From positions 32,001 to 96,000 of the forward strand of contig CAWGIE010000033.1 of the NCBI GenBank assembly GCA_963822585.1: a stretch of 64,000 nucleotides of DNA. Direction: 5' to 3'. Each line of letters opens with the position of its first letter. The stretch's first letter is position 1. Positions 51,671-62,131 of this stretch are shown piece after piece. The notes under the pieces are model-generated. The model saw only the letters and a list, made by a program, of their open reading frames with translations, searched no databases and was not told where the DNA came from. The position numbers and the translations under genes were made by a program. The DNA comes from an uncultured bacterium (GTDB lineage: Bacteria; Auribacterota; Erginobacteria; Erginobacterales; Erginobacteraceae).

Positions 51671-54041
51671 ATGCGTCTAAAAGGGATTTATCTTGTTGCC
51701 GCCTTCCTGATTATTCTCCTGACGTGCTTTACGCGCCCGGCGGCAGCAGAGAATCTGCGGTTGGTCTGGGCTGACTATGAGCAGCCCGGGAACCCGATCT
51801 ATCTCAGCCAATCGGGAGAGAAAGGGTGGGAAACGGAGGCATTCCCGCCGGCGGCTTCTTTTACCGCCAACTATGCCCCCTGCCTGGGGATCGCTCCCGA
51901 CAACGTCTCCTGGATGGTCTGGGCCGCCCGCCACAGATGAGGAGGTCCCCGGCATCTACTGGAGCCGGATGTCCGGCGGCTCCTGGAGCCAACCCCGGCG
52001 CGTTGACGAGGATTCCTACCCGCTGGGATTCCACCCCGACGATCGCCTTCGACCGGGACGGAAACCCGGCCGTCGCCTGGTCCGGCGGCCGATGGGCGGA
52101 AGCACCGAGATCTTCTGCGCGCGCTGGGACGGCGACGGGTTCGGCCTCTCCGTCATGGTGAGCACCCCCGATGGGTCCCCGGACAGCAACCCCGCGATCG
52201 CGCCGGATGGGGAGGATGGGTTCCTGATCGGTCTGGGAAGGATGGGTCGACGGATATTCCCAAATCTTCCGAAGCCGCCTCACCGGGGGAGAGTGGACGC
52301 CGGAAGAGACGGTGGCCCCGTCCGCCGGGACCGACCAGATTCTCCCCGCGGCCGAGACCAGCATCATAACCTGGCTGGAAGACGGAGAGACGGTCACCGA
52401 CGAAGCCGGCACCCTCCGGCGGGGAGAGACGAACCCGAGCCTGAAGGCTGCTCTCTCGGAAGCAGGACTACCCGACACGGGGGGCCAGGGGATGGCTTAT
52501 CGACGGAACCGGGAGAGCTTACCGCTACCGGACACTCTTCCCCCTTCTTCCGGAGGAAGAGCGGCGCCGGCCTGCCGCGGCGGGGAAGCGTCACCAACTA
52601 CTATATCGGCTACGGGGACAGCATCACCTACGGACATGACAACGATAAATCCGATACCAGCGGCTGGTACGGGTCGCTTCTGGCCGGCATGCTCCCCGCG
52701 CTCTTTCCCGGTCAGAGCTTCTATTTCTACAACGAGGGATACCCGGCCGCCGAATGCCAGCGACCTCTTGAACGGTCCCGGGCATCTATCCGACTGGCCT
52801 GTGTCCCGGCATCAACACGATCCTCGGCAGGTATCCCGCCGCCAGCAAAATTCTGATCATGGGGGGAACCAACGACGTCAATCATGGGGTTAAATCCAAG
52901 CCACCAGCAGCTACTACCTTGAGCAGATGGTCGATCGGGCGCGGGACAAGGCGTGGAGCCGATCCTGGGGACGATCATCCCTAGCAATAAAAACAGCTCG
53001 GCATTTGTCGACTCATGGGATCTCAGCGAGAATTATATCGTGCCGCTGGCAGCGCAAAAGGGTTGCCCGTTAGGCGATCCCTATGGCGTCTACATATATT
53101 ACTATAACAACAATCGTGACTATTACTGGTCTCTATACGATTCAAAAGACTACGTTCACCCGAAGTGGCCCCAGGGGGACCAGGAGATCGCCAACGGGTG
53201 GCTTACCGCCTTCACCACCCCGACCGTGGTTCCTCCCACCCCGACACCGACGCCGGCGACGCTGATCCTGGACTCGGGGGACTATAACGGCGACTCCACC
53301 TCCGATATCGCCGTTTTTCGGAAAAGCTCCGGCCTCTGGGCGGTCCGGGGGATAACTCGGGCTTATTTCGGCGCAAGTTCCGATATCCCGGCCTCCGGCG
53401 ACTTCGACGGCGACGGGACCACCGACCTCGCCGTCGTCCGCACCGCTTCCGGCCTCTGGGCGGTCAAGGGGATCACCCGGACCTACTTCGGCGGGAGTTC
53501 CGATATCCCGGCCCCCGGCGACTATGACGGTAACGGAACCTGCGACGTCGGGATCTACCGGGGAAGCAACGGTCTCTGGGCGGTCAAGGGTATCACCCGG
53601 GCCTACTTCGGCTCCGGAGCCGACCTGCCGGCACCCGTCTACGGTTCGGGACGCGCACTGCCGAAGAATATGGGCATCTTCCGTCCCGGCAGCGGCCTCT
53701 GGGCGATCCGGGGGGTAACCCGGGTGTACTTCGGCGCTAGTTCCGATCAGCCGGTCCCGGCCAACTACTCGGAGACGCCGGACAGCCTTGACCTCGGGAT
53801 CTTTCGGCCCTCATCAGGCCTCTGGGCGGTGCGGGGCATGACTCGATTCTATTACGGATCGACCAACGACCGGCCGGTGCCTGGCAACTATACCGGGTTC
53901 ATCCCGGCCGACGCCGGGATTTTCCGGCCCTCCTCGGGTCTCTGGGCGATCAAGGGCGTGACCCGGGTGTATTTCGGAGGCAGTGCCGACATCCCGGTCG
54001 CTGCTCTCTCCATCAACCCCTCCAGCGCCGCGATCCCCTGA
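51671..54041 (+). CDS. Secreted protein 3: repeat/propeller domain, SGNH hydrolase, FG-GAP-like module (several indels)
   Basis: Signal peptide; W.VW, IYWS, W.....VS.PDGSPD; GYGDSITYG, NEGYP, MGGTND, DYVHP; ends INPSSAAIP. Confidence 0.75.
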
Positions 54042-54461
54042 TCTTTTCCGCCACCAAGGCACCAAGACACCAAGAGATTGTTTCCTGGTTCCGTTCGACG
54101 TTGAGCGTTGAACGTTCGATGTTCGATGTTTAGTTTTTCTTTCCCCCGTCTCGCCCTCTTTTGAGTCCACGAATTACACGAATTGACACTAACTCTTTCC
54201 CCATGCCTCACACCCGCATTGAACTTCCAATTTCCAACGGCCAACTGCCCATTACCAACCAGGGGCGCCTGTGTTTGGAAATTGGTTTTTGGAGATTGGG
54301 TATTGGGCATTCATCTCCTGCTACCCATGTCCTGACCAAAACCCGGGCGCTCTGCTTTCTGCGCTTTGCGCCTCTATATTTATCTTCTTGATTCCGGAAG
54401 GTAAATCTGGCAGATTTGTCACTTCATTTAACAATGCAGTCTCATTAACAGGAGGCAATTC

Positions 54462-56852
54462 ATGAATATCAGAAAACTGTTTTCGGCGGCCGTCTTACTG
54501 GTTGTCCCGGTTCTGCTTCACCCTTTTTCTTGGGCCACGGCGGAAGATATGTGGCTGGTCTGGTCGGACTACAGTCAAGACGGCAACCCGGTAGGGATCA
54601 GTCATCTTACGCAGGGTGAATGGCGGACGGAAAAATTCTCACCCGGAGAGGCTTTCGACGCCAATTTCTCCCCGGCCCTCGGACTCGATAATACGGGAGA
54701 CCTCTGGGTGGTCTGGGCGCGCCGACCGGGATGGTGGTATCCCCGCCATCTACTGGAGCCGCCGCGACGGCGGTTCCTGGAGCGAGCCGAGGCGGGTCGA
54801 CGCGGAGAGTGCCCGTTGGGAGTGCGCGCCGGCGATCGCCTTTGATCAGAGCGGAAACCCGGTCGTCGCCTGGTCGGGCGTCGATGGAGAAAGCACGGAG
54901 ATCTTCTGCGCCCAATGGTCCGGGGACGGTTTCGGCGAAGCACACCGGGTGAGCGCCCCCGATGATTCGCCCGACGGGAAACCCGCTCTGGCCATCGGAG
55001 CCGGCGGTGAACCGACCGTGGTCTGGGAAGGCTGGCAGGACGGGCGCGCCCGGATTTTCCAAAGCAATCGTTCCGCAGGGGAATGGAGCGAAGAAGCCGG
55101 GGTCGGTCCCGATTCCCCGGCCGACCAGATCCTTCCTTCGATCCGGCGGGACCTCGGCGGGAAATTGATCATCGAATGGCAGGAAGGGGGAAACACCATA
55201 ACCGGGGGTGAAAGCTCAGGGACATATCTGAAGAAAGACCGGAGGCGAATCTTCCCGCCCAGTTTCCTCCGGGTGCGGAGGGGAGCGACTGGATTCTTTG
55301 CCAGACCGTGCCCGGGCGCTGGGAATCATTCCGGAACCGCTTTCCCGTTCCCTCCGCCGGAGGAGAGGGCAAGAGCGCCGGTTTCGGCGCGACAGCCGCC
55401 GGTTACAGCTATATCGGCTACGGGGACAGCATCACCTATGGACACGGCAACGGTTCGGACGCCTCCAACTGGTACGGTCTACTCCTGAAAAACATGCTGC
55501 AAAATTCGCACCCGAGCAACGATTACACACTATACAATGAAGGGTATCCGGTCTCCAAGACCAGCGACCTGCTGAACGGCCCCGGATATCCATCCTACCC
55601 CTGTCCGGGGATCAACACGATTCTGAATAACCATCCCGACGCCGCTAAAATCCTGATCATGGGCGGGACCACCGACGTCAATTACAGCGTCCCTCCCTCG
55701 GAAACCAAGTATAATCTGGGACAGCTGATCGACCGCGCCCGCGGCAACGGCGTGGAGCCGATCATCTCCACTCTTATCCCCAACGCCAGTCACCTGGCGC
55801 GATGGAGCCGCGACCTCGGAACTGGACCTCAATTACATCGTTCCGCTCGCCCAGGAAAAATCCTGCGCGCTCGCCGATCCCTGGGAGATCTATATTTATT
55901 ACTATGACGCCAACCCGGATTATTTCTGGTCCAGTCTTTACGGATACCCGGGGCCCCAATATGACGGCGTCCATCCCCTCTGGTCGGACGGAGATCAGAA
56001 AATCGCCGACGCCTGGTACGCGGCCCTGGCTACCCCCACCCCGACACCGACGCCGGCGACGCTGATGCTGGACTCGGGGGACTATAACGGCGACTCCACC
56101 TCCGATATCGCCATCTTCCGGAAAAGCTCCGGCCTCTGGGCAGTCCGAGGGATTACCCGGACTTATTTCGGCGGAAGTTCCGATATCCCGGCCTCCGGGG
56201 ACTTCGACGGCGACGGGACCACCGACCTCGCCGTCGTCCGCACCGCTTCCGGCCTCTGGGCGGTCAAGGGGATCACCCGGACCTACTTCGGCGGGAGTTC
56301 CGATATCCCGGCCCCCGGCGACTATGACGGCAACGGAACCTGCGACGTCGGGATCTACCGGGGAAGCAACGGTCTCTGGGCGCTCAAGGGTATGACGCGG
56401 GTCTACTTCGGAAGCGGAGCCGATCTGCCGGCACCCGGTCTACGGTTCGGGACGGGCGGAGCTGCCGAAGAATATGGGCATATTCCGTGCCGAATAGCGG
56501 CCTCTGGGCGATCAAGGGGGTAACCCGGATGTACTTCGGAAATAGCGGCGATCAACCGGTCCCGGCCAACTACTCGGAGACGCCGGACAGCCTCGATCTC
56601 GGGATCTTTCGGTCCTCATCGGGCATCTGGGCGATGCGGGGCATGACTCGGATTCTACTTACGGATCGAGCCAAGGACCGGCCGGTGATCTGGCAACTAC
56701 ACCGGATTTATCCCGGCCGACGCCGGGATTTTCCGGCCCGCCAGCGGGTCTCTGGGCGATCAAGGGCGTGACCCGGGTGTACTTCGGAGTGAAGCTCCGA
56801 TCTCCCGGTCTCCGGACTTTCCATCAACCCCTCCAGCGCGGCTGTTCCCTGA
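54462..56852 (+). CDS. Secreted protein 4: paralog of protein 3 (several indels)
   Basis: AGGAGG RBS, signal peptide, GYGDSITYG, NEGYP, MGGTTD, DGVHP, and the shared C-terminal module ending INPSSAAVP. Confidence 0.72.
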
Positions 56853-56973
56853 ATATTTTTGACAGGACGATTATACGACAGGACGATTTACTTGGATGTT
56901 GAACGTTCGACGTTGGACGTTCGAAGTTGAACGTTCGACGTTGAGCGTTGAGCTTTCCTTCCTCCTCCCCCCG

Positions 56974-57002
56974 TTGACACCCCTGCTTTATAATCGTATT
57001 AT
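56974..57002 (+). promoter_or_regulatory. Sigma70 promoter abutting the start codon (leaderless)
   Basis: TTGACA-17nt-TATTAT-6nt-GTG; no SD. Confidence 0.75.
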
Positions 57003-57008
57003 TGCTCC

Positions 57009-59442
57009 GTGCGCCTGTTGCAAATACAACCGATCGTGTGGCTTTTGACCGCGGTCTTTCTTCTCTCATCCTCGACGGCGGCAACGGCGGAGAACCAGCG
57101 GATGATCTGGGCTGACGATGAGCAGCCCGGAAACCCGATCTTTCTCAGCCGGGCGGGAGAGGAAAGCTGGGAGACGGAGGCGTTCCCGCCGTCTGCTTCC
57201 TTCGCCGCCAACTACGCCCCCTGCCCGGGGATCGGCTCCTGAGGGCGCGTCTGTGGGTGGTCTGGGCCGCCCGCGGGGACGAGGAGGTCTCGGGCATTTA
57301 TTGGAGCAGCCGGGCCGGTGGTTCCTGGAGCAATCCCCGGCGGGTCGACGAGGATATCTCCCGCTGGGAGGCCGCCCCGTCGATCGTCTTCGACCGGGAT
57401 GGGAACCCGGCCGTCGTCTGGTCCGCCGTCGTGGGCGGGAGCACCGAGATCTTCTGCGCCGGTGGGACGGCGACGGCTTCGACTCCCCGTCCTGGTGAGC
57501 GCTCCCGATGGGTCCCCCGACGGCAACCCCTTTATCGCGCCGGACGGGGAAGGAGGTCTTCTCGTAGTCTGGGAAGGGTGGGTTGACGGACGTGCCCAGG
57601 TCTTCCGGAGCCGTCTCGTTTCCGGTGAGTGGACAGCCGAGGAAAGGGTCGATCCCCGGCCGGAGAGCGACCAGATTTTCCCGAGAGCCCGGGAAACCGG
57701 GTTCGGCCGGACCGAGATTTCCTGGCGGGAAGATGGGGAGAACGTAACCGCGGAGGACGGGAAGACGGTCCGGGGGACCGCGGACTCCGGACCGACGAAA
57801 GCTCTCTCCGGGGCTCCCTATCCAAACGGTGCGGCCTGGCTCCTCTGTGAAAACGGTGACGGCAGCGGGAGCGCGTACCGGTACCGGGACCTCCTTTCTC
57901 CTCTTCCGGAGGATAAAACGACAGAGGTTCCCCTCCGGGGAAGCGCCTCCGAACACTACATCGGCTACGGGGACAGCATCACCTATGGACACGACAGCGG
58001 TTCCGACACCGGCGGGTGGTACGGATCACTCCTGGCCGCGATGCTGCCCTCTCTCTATCCCGGCCTGAATTTTTATTTTTACAACGAAGGCTACCCGGGG
58101 GCGGAAACACACGATCTTCTTCTGGGAGGAGGCGCCTGGGGCTGCCCCGGCATCAATACGGTCATCGACAACCATCCCGACGCCACAAAAATCCTCATCA
58201 TGGGGGGGACCAATGACGTCGATCACGGAATCCCCCCCCCTACTATCCAGTTTAACCTGAGTGAGATGGTAGACCGGGCACGGGCAAAGGGGGTGGCACC
58301 TCTCCTGGGAACAATTATCCCCAGCAATAAAGACACTCCCGCTTTTCTGGGCTCCTGGCAGCTCAGCACCTATTACATCCCGCCCCTGGCGGACGCAAAG
58401 GGATGTCCTCTGGCCAATCCCTATGAGCGATACATGTATTACTATCAGCTTCCCGATCCATACCACGCCGCTTACTGGAATCTTTATCTAGGAGACGGGA
58501 TCCACCCCGCCTGGCCCCAGGGCGACCAGGAGATCGCCAATGCCTGGTTTCCCGCTTCGGCACCACCCCCACCCCCCGGCCCTCCCCCACCCCCCTGATC
58601 CCGGTCCTCGATTCCGGCGATTATAACGGGGACGGTACCGCCGAGATCGCCCTCTTTCCGTTCCGCGAACGGGCTCTGGGCGATCCGAGGGATCACCCGG
58701 GTCTATTTCGGCCGATCCGGGGATATCCCCGTCGCGGGGGACTACACCGGGTCGGGGAGATGCAACTTCGGGATTTTCCGGCCCGCCAGCGGCCTCTGGG
58801 CGATCAAGAACGTCACCCGGGTTTACTATGGGCATTCCGGCGACATCCCGGTCCCGGGGGACTATAACGGAGCGGGACGCTGTAATTTAGGCATATTCCG
58901 TTCCGGCCTCTGGGCGATCATGAACGTCACTCGGGTTTATTACGGTCAGGCCGGGGACATCCCGGTCCCCGGGTATTATCGGGGTGAGGCGGCAAAAGAT
59001 ATCGCCGTCTTCCGGGCTTCGACCGGGTTCTGGGGCATCCGCGGGGTAAGCCGGATCTACTTCGGAACGGGGAAAGCACTGCCGGTCCCGGAAACATACG
59101 GGAACGGGCACGACTGGCAGGAAGCGATCTTCCGGGGGCCCACTTCGCTCTGGGCGATCCGGAGCCTGACGCGGCTCTATTTCGGGGGGAGCGGAGGACC
59201 GGGCGGTCCCGGCCGACTTTACCGGAACGGGGAGATGCAATTACGGGATCTTCCGGGAGCAGAGCGGCCTCTGGGGGATCAAAAACGTCACCCGGATCTA
59301 TTTCGGAGCTCCCGGAGACATCCCTTTGCCCGGGCGGGTTCCGTATTATCCCACGCCACCTCCTCTGCCCCCGACACCCCCTTCACCGCCCGTGCCCGCC
59401 ACTCCAACCCCCAGTCCGTCAGTGTCACCGACACCGGTTTAA
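57009..59442 (+). CDS. Secreted protein 5: paralog of protein 3 with a different FG-GAP-like module and a Pro/Thr tail (several indels)
   Basis: Signal peptide, GYGDSITYG, NEGYPG, MGGTND, DGIHP, repeats, and tail ..TPTPSPSVSPTPV*. Confidence 0.72.
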
Positions 59443-59547
59443 CCTCCCTAAACGCATTACATCGGGAATAACTGAGCGCTTGTGGCGCTAAGTTTTTGTT
59501 TTGGCAAAGTACGGGGATTAAAAGAATGGATTAATTATCCTCAAAGT

Positions 59548-59675
59548 GGATATCAGGTTATCAGCATATCAGTGGGAAGAATACCGGGATATCAGGTTAT
59601 CAGGAAGGGCGCCCGGCCGGTCTGGTCTGCTGGTATTCTGTTACCCTTCCTACTGATCCCCTGATTTTCTGATAC
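59548..59675. repeat. Family A palindrome
   Basis: GGATATCAGGTTATCAGCATATCAG ... CTACTGATCCCCTGATTTTCTGATAC. Confidence 0.8.
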
Positions 59676-60019
59676 GCGATTGTTGAGTGTTTTTACAGTT
59701 TTTGAAATTCAGAATAAAAGCTAACCCCCTATCTCCTTTTATCCCCGTCAATAACCTGTACCTGTCTATCGTACCGCCGTTTGATGTCATAATAAATCAG
59801 CTCACTGCGTAAATGTATGTTTTGAAAAATGACCAGGATAATTCCATCGAGGCAACACAGTCAAAAGACTACTTTTCTACTTCAGCCGACATCGAACTCC
59901 AACTATAATAATGTATATAGTGGCCTGAGGTATGTATTTCTTATTTTTCCTCCCCCGATTAATACTTCGGGGCGGGGCGGAAAAATAAGAATATTGAAAT
60001 TACAATACAAGCTAATCCC

Positions 60020-60475
60020 TTATCGTCTTTTGTCCGCCGCAATCACTCCCTGCAGGTACTCGACGTACTTCTTCGCCCCGCCCGCCCGGTACCCGGTCTG
60101 GACCACGGTCCTCCCGTCCGGACTGAGAATGAGGATTGTGGGAAACCCCCTGATGCCGAATTTCTTATTCAATTGTTCGTTCTGTTCACTTAGCTGACGG
60201 GGCAGCCGCTTAGATTTCGGAAAATCAAGTTCCACGCAGACCAGGTTCTCCCGGGCAAACCGCTTGAACTCGTATTTGTCGAACACTTCCTTTTTCAACT
60301 TCACGCACCATCCGCACCAATCCGACCCGGTGAAATTAAGGAGCAGGTACTTGCCGTCTGCTTTTGCCCGCGCGGCCGCCGCCTCATAATTCGTTTCCCA
60401 GTCCCGGGCGCCAGCGGTTGAAACATGAATCATGCCGACCGTTAATATGATTGCCGCAATGGCGGTATATTTCAT
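60020..60475 (-). CDS. Exported thioredoxin-fold disulfide oxidoreductase (DsbH-like)
   Basis: Signal peptide, FTGSDWCGWC, GFPT. Confidence 0.88.
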   Translation of the reverse strand: MKYTAIAAIILTVGMIHVSTAGARDWETNYEAAAARAKADGKYLLLNFTGSDWCGWCVKLKKEVFDKYEFKRFARENLVCVELDFPKSKRLPRQLSEQNEQLNKKFGIRGFPTILILSPDGRTVVQTGYRAGGAKKYVEYLQGVIAADKRR

Positions 60476-60498
60476 TCCTGCCTCCTCCTGGTTTTTTC

Positions 60499-61719
60499 CT
60501 AATTACGTGGCGCTTCAGCAGAAAGATCGTCGAGCAGTCGGTAGTAGCGCTGCAGGTACCGCTCGGGCGTGTATTCCTCCCGGTAAGCGCGGAGGCAGGG
60601 ATCGACGAATGACCGACGGACCTCCGGGTTTTCCATTTTCTCCATGGCAGCGACTAATTCCCCTTCGGTCGTGAACATGATGCCGGCCCCGTGATCCCGG
60701 ACCAGCTCGGGGAGAAGGCCGACATCGGAAGCGATGGCCGGGGTGCCGCAGGATTGGGCCTGGATGACCGTCTGGTTCCCCATCTCCGGCCAAACCGAAG
60801 GGGCGAGGAGGGCGAGCGCGTTCGCGTAAAGCCAATCGAGTTTATCGGGGGCGACGTAATCCAGAAAGCGGATCCGGGGGTCCCCGGCGGCCATATCCCG
60901 GAGTTCCTTCTCCATCGTACCCGTCCCCACCATCACCAGCTTCGCGTCCCCTTTTTTCTTCCGGAAGGCTTTTATCGCGACCTGGGGGCCTTTATACGGC
61001 TCAAAACGGGCCACAAAGAGAAAGAAGGGCCGGAGTCGGCCGAATTCCTTTTCCAGCACCGGGTTATCGCCGGGCGTAACGGGAGAGACAAAATAAGGGA
61101 GACAGTCCATCCTCCGCTCGAACCCTTCCTCCCGGTGTTTTTCAAGCATGAACCGGCAGGGCATAATCAGGGAATCGACCTTCGGGAGGAGCCGGTCCCG
61201 GAGTCCCGTCCAGCGCCAGAATTGGGGAGGTTTCCGGTATGACCAGAGACAGCGGACGCATTCTTTACCGTCGCAGACCTTCCTCCCCATCTTCCAGAGA
61301 TAATGAGCGGGGCAGAAGAGCCAGTAGGTGTGCTGGGTGAACAGCTTGATCCCCTTTCCCATTTCCAGAAGGGCGATGCCGCCGAAGAGGGAGATGTTAT
61401 GGTAATGGATGACGTCAAATGTCCCCTTGATGACATTTTCAATCCCTTTCCGGGAGAAGAACGGGCGCCCCGCCAGATAAGTAAGAAGGGGCTCCACCTT
61501 GCCGGTCCCGGTCGTGATCCGATGAACCGTTATCCCCGGATGATGGGGGTAGTCCCCCTCCCGCCGGGCGGCGATTTTGTAGGAATGCGCCTCCCCGGAG
61601 CAGATCACTTCCACCCGGTGCCCATCCCTGGCCAAAAGGTTGGCGAGATGATAAACGTGCAGGCCGCAACCCCCGGGATGGAAGGGGGGATAAAACGAGG
61701 TTATGAAGCAAAAGCGCAT
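60499..61719 (-). CDS. GT4 glycosyltransferase
   Basis: FYPP..GG, H.HN, H.YWLFCP, RFEPYKG, PSVWPE, SCGTPAIASDVG. Confidence 0.88.
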   Translation of the reverse strand: MRFCFITSFYPPFHPGGCGLHVYHLANLLARDGHRVEVICSGEAHSYKIAARREGDYPHHPGITVHRITTGTGKVEPLLTYLAGRPFFSRKGIENVIKGTFDVIHYHNISLFGGIALLEMGKGIKLFTQHTYWLFCPAHYLWKMGRKVCDGKECVRCLWSYRKPPQFWRWTGLRDRLLPKVDSLIMPCRFMLEKHREEGFERRMDCLPYFVSPVTPGDNPVLEKEFGRLRPFFLFVARFEPYKGPQVAIKAFRKKKGDAKLVMVGTGTMEKELRDMAAGDPRIRFLDYVAPDKLDWLYANALALLAPSVWPEMGNQTVIQAQSCGTPAIASDVGLLPELVRDHGAGIMFTTEGELVAAMEKMENPEVRRSFVDPCLRAYREEYTPERYLQRYYRLLDDLSAEAPRN

Positions 61720-62131
61720 TTAAATTTTTGCTCCGCAAAAATTTAATTTATTCAGAAACCAAATATGATCCTCATGATGAAAACTCACAAGTACATATTA
61801 TGAGCATTATCCCTGGAAGTAAAAGGGAATCGTCCCCGCAAAAGACTCCATCGGGACCAACGCTTTGCTAATACCCACTTATGTGTTATATTTATTTTGG
61901 GAACTCTTCCACCCGATATCCCGAAAACCGCCGGATATTGTATTTCTTAAGTCATTGTATATTAAAGTATTATAATTCATAATACAAAATATACGCAAAA
62001 TCAGGGCAAAGGATTTTTGCATTTTTTTCGCATTTATTTATTGACATGAACAGCCGATTCCTCAATATGGAGCGTTTTACTCTTCCTCACAGTCTCTATT
62101 TCACCCCGAGAACCTTCTCAAAGGACCCGAG

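Noticed and set aside
51930..57245. TGA recoding (Sec or alternative genetic code) at the early stops in secreted genes 3 and 5
   Set aside because: Comparison with paralogs shows the TGAs arise from frame shifts, and TGA is used as a normal stop elsewhere.
47881..59300. CRISPR-like regularly spaced GGCCTCTGGGCG motifs
   Set aside because: They encode the SGLWA motif of protein repeats and vary at third codon positions.
61860..61892. dif/Xer site
   Set aside because: TTTGCTAA-7nt-TTATGTGTT has the wrong spacer length and a poor XerD arm.
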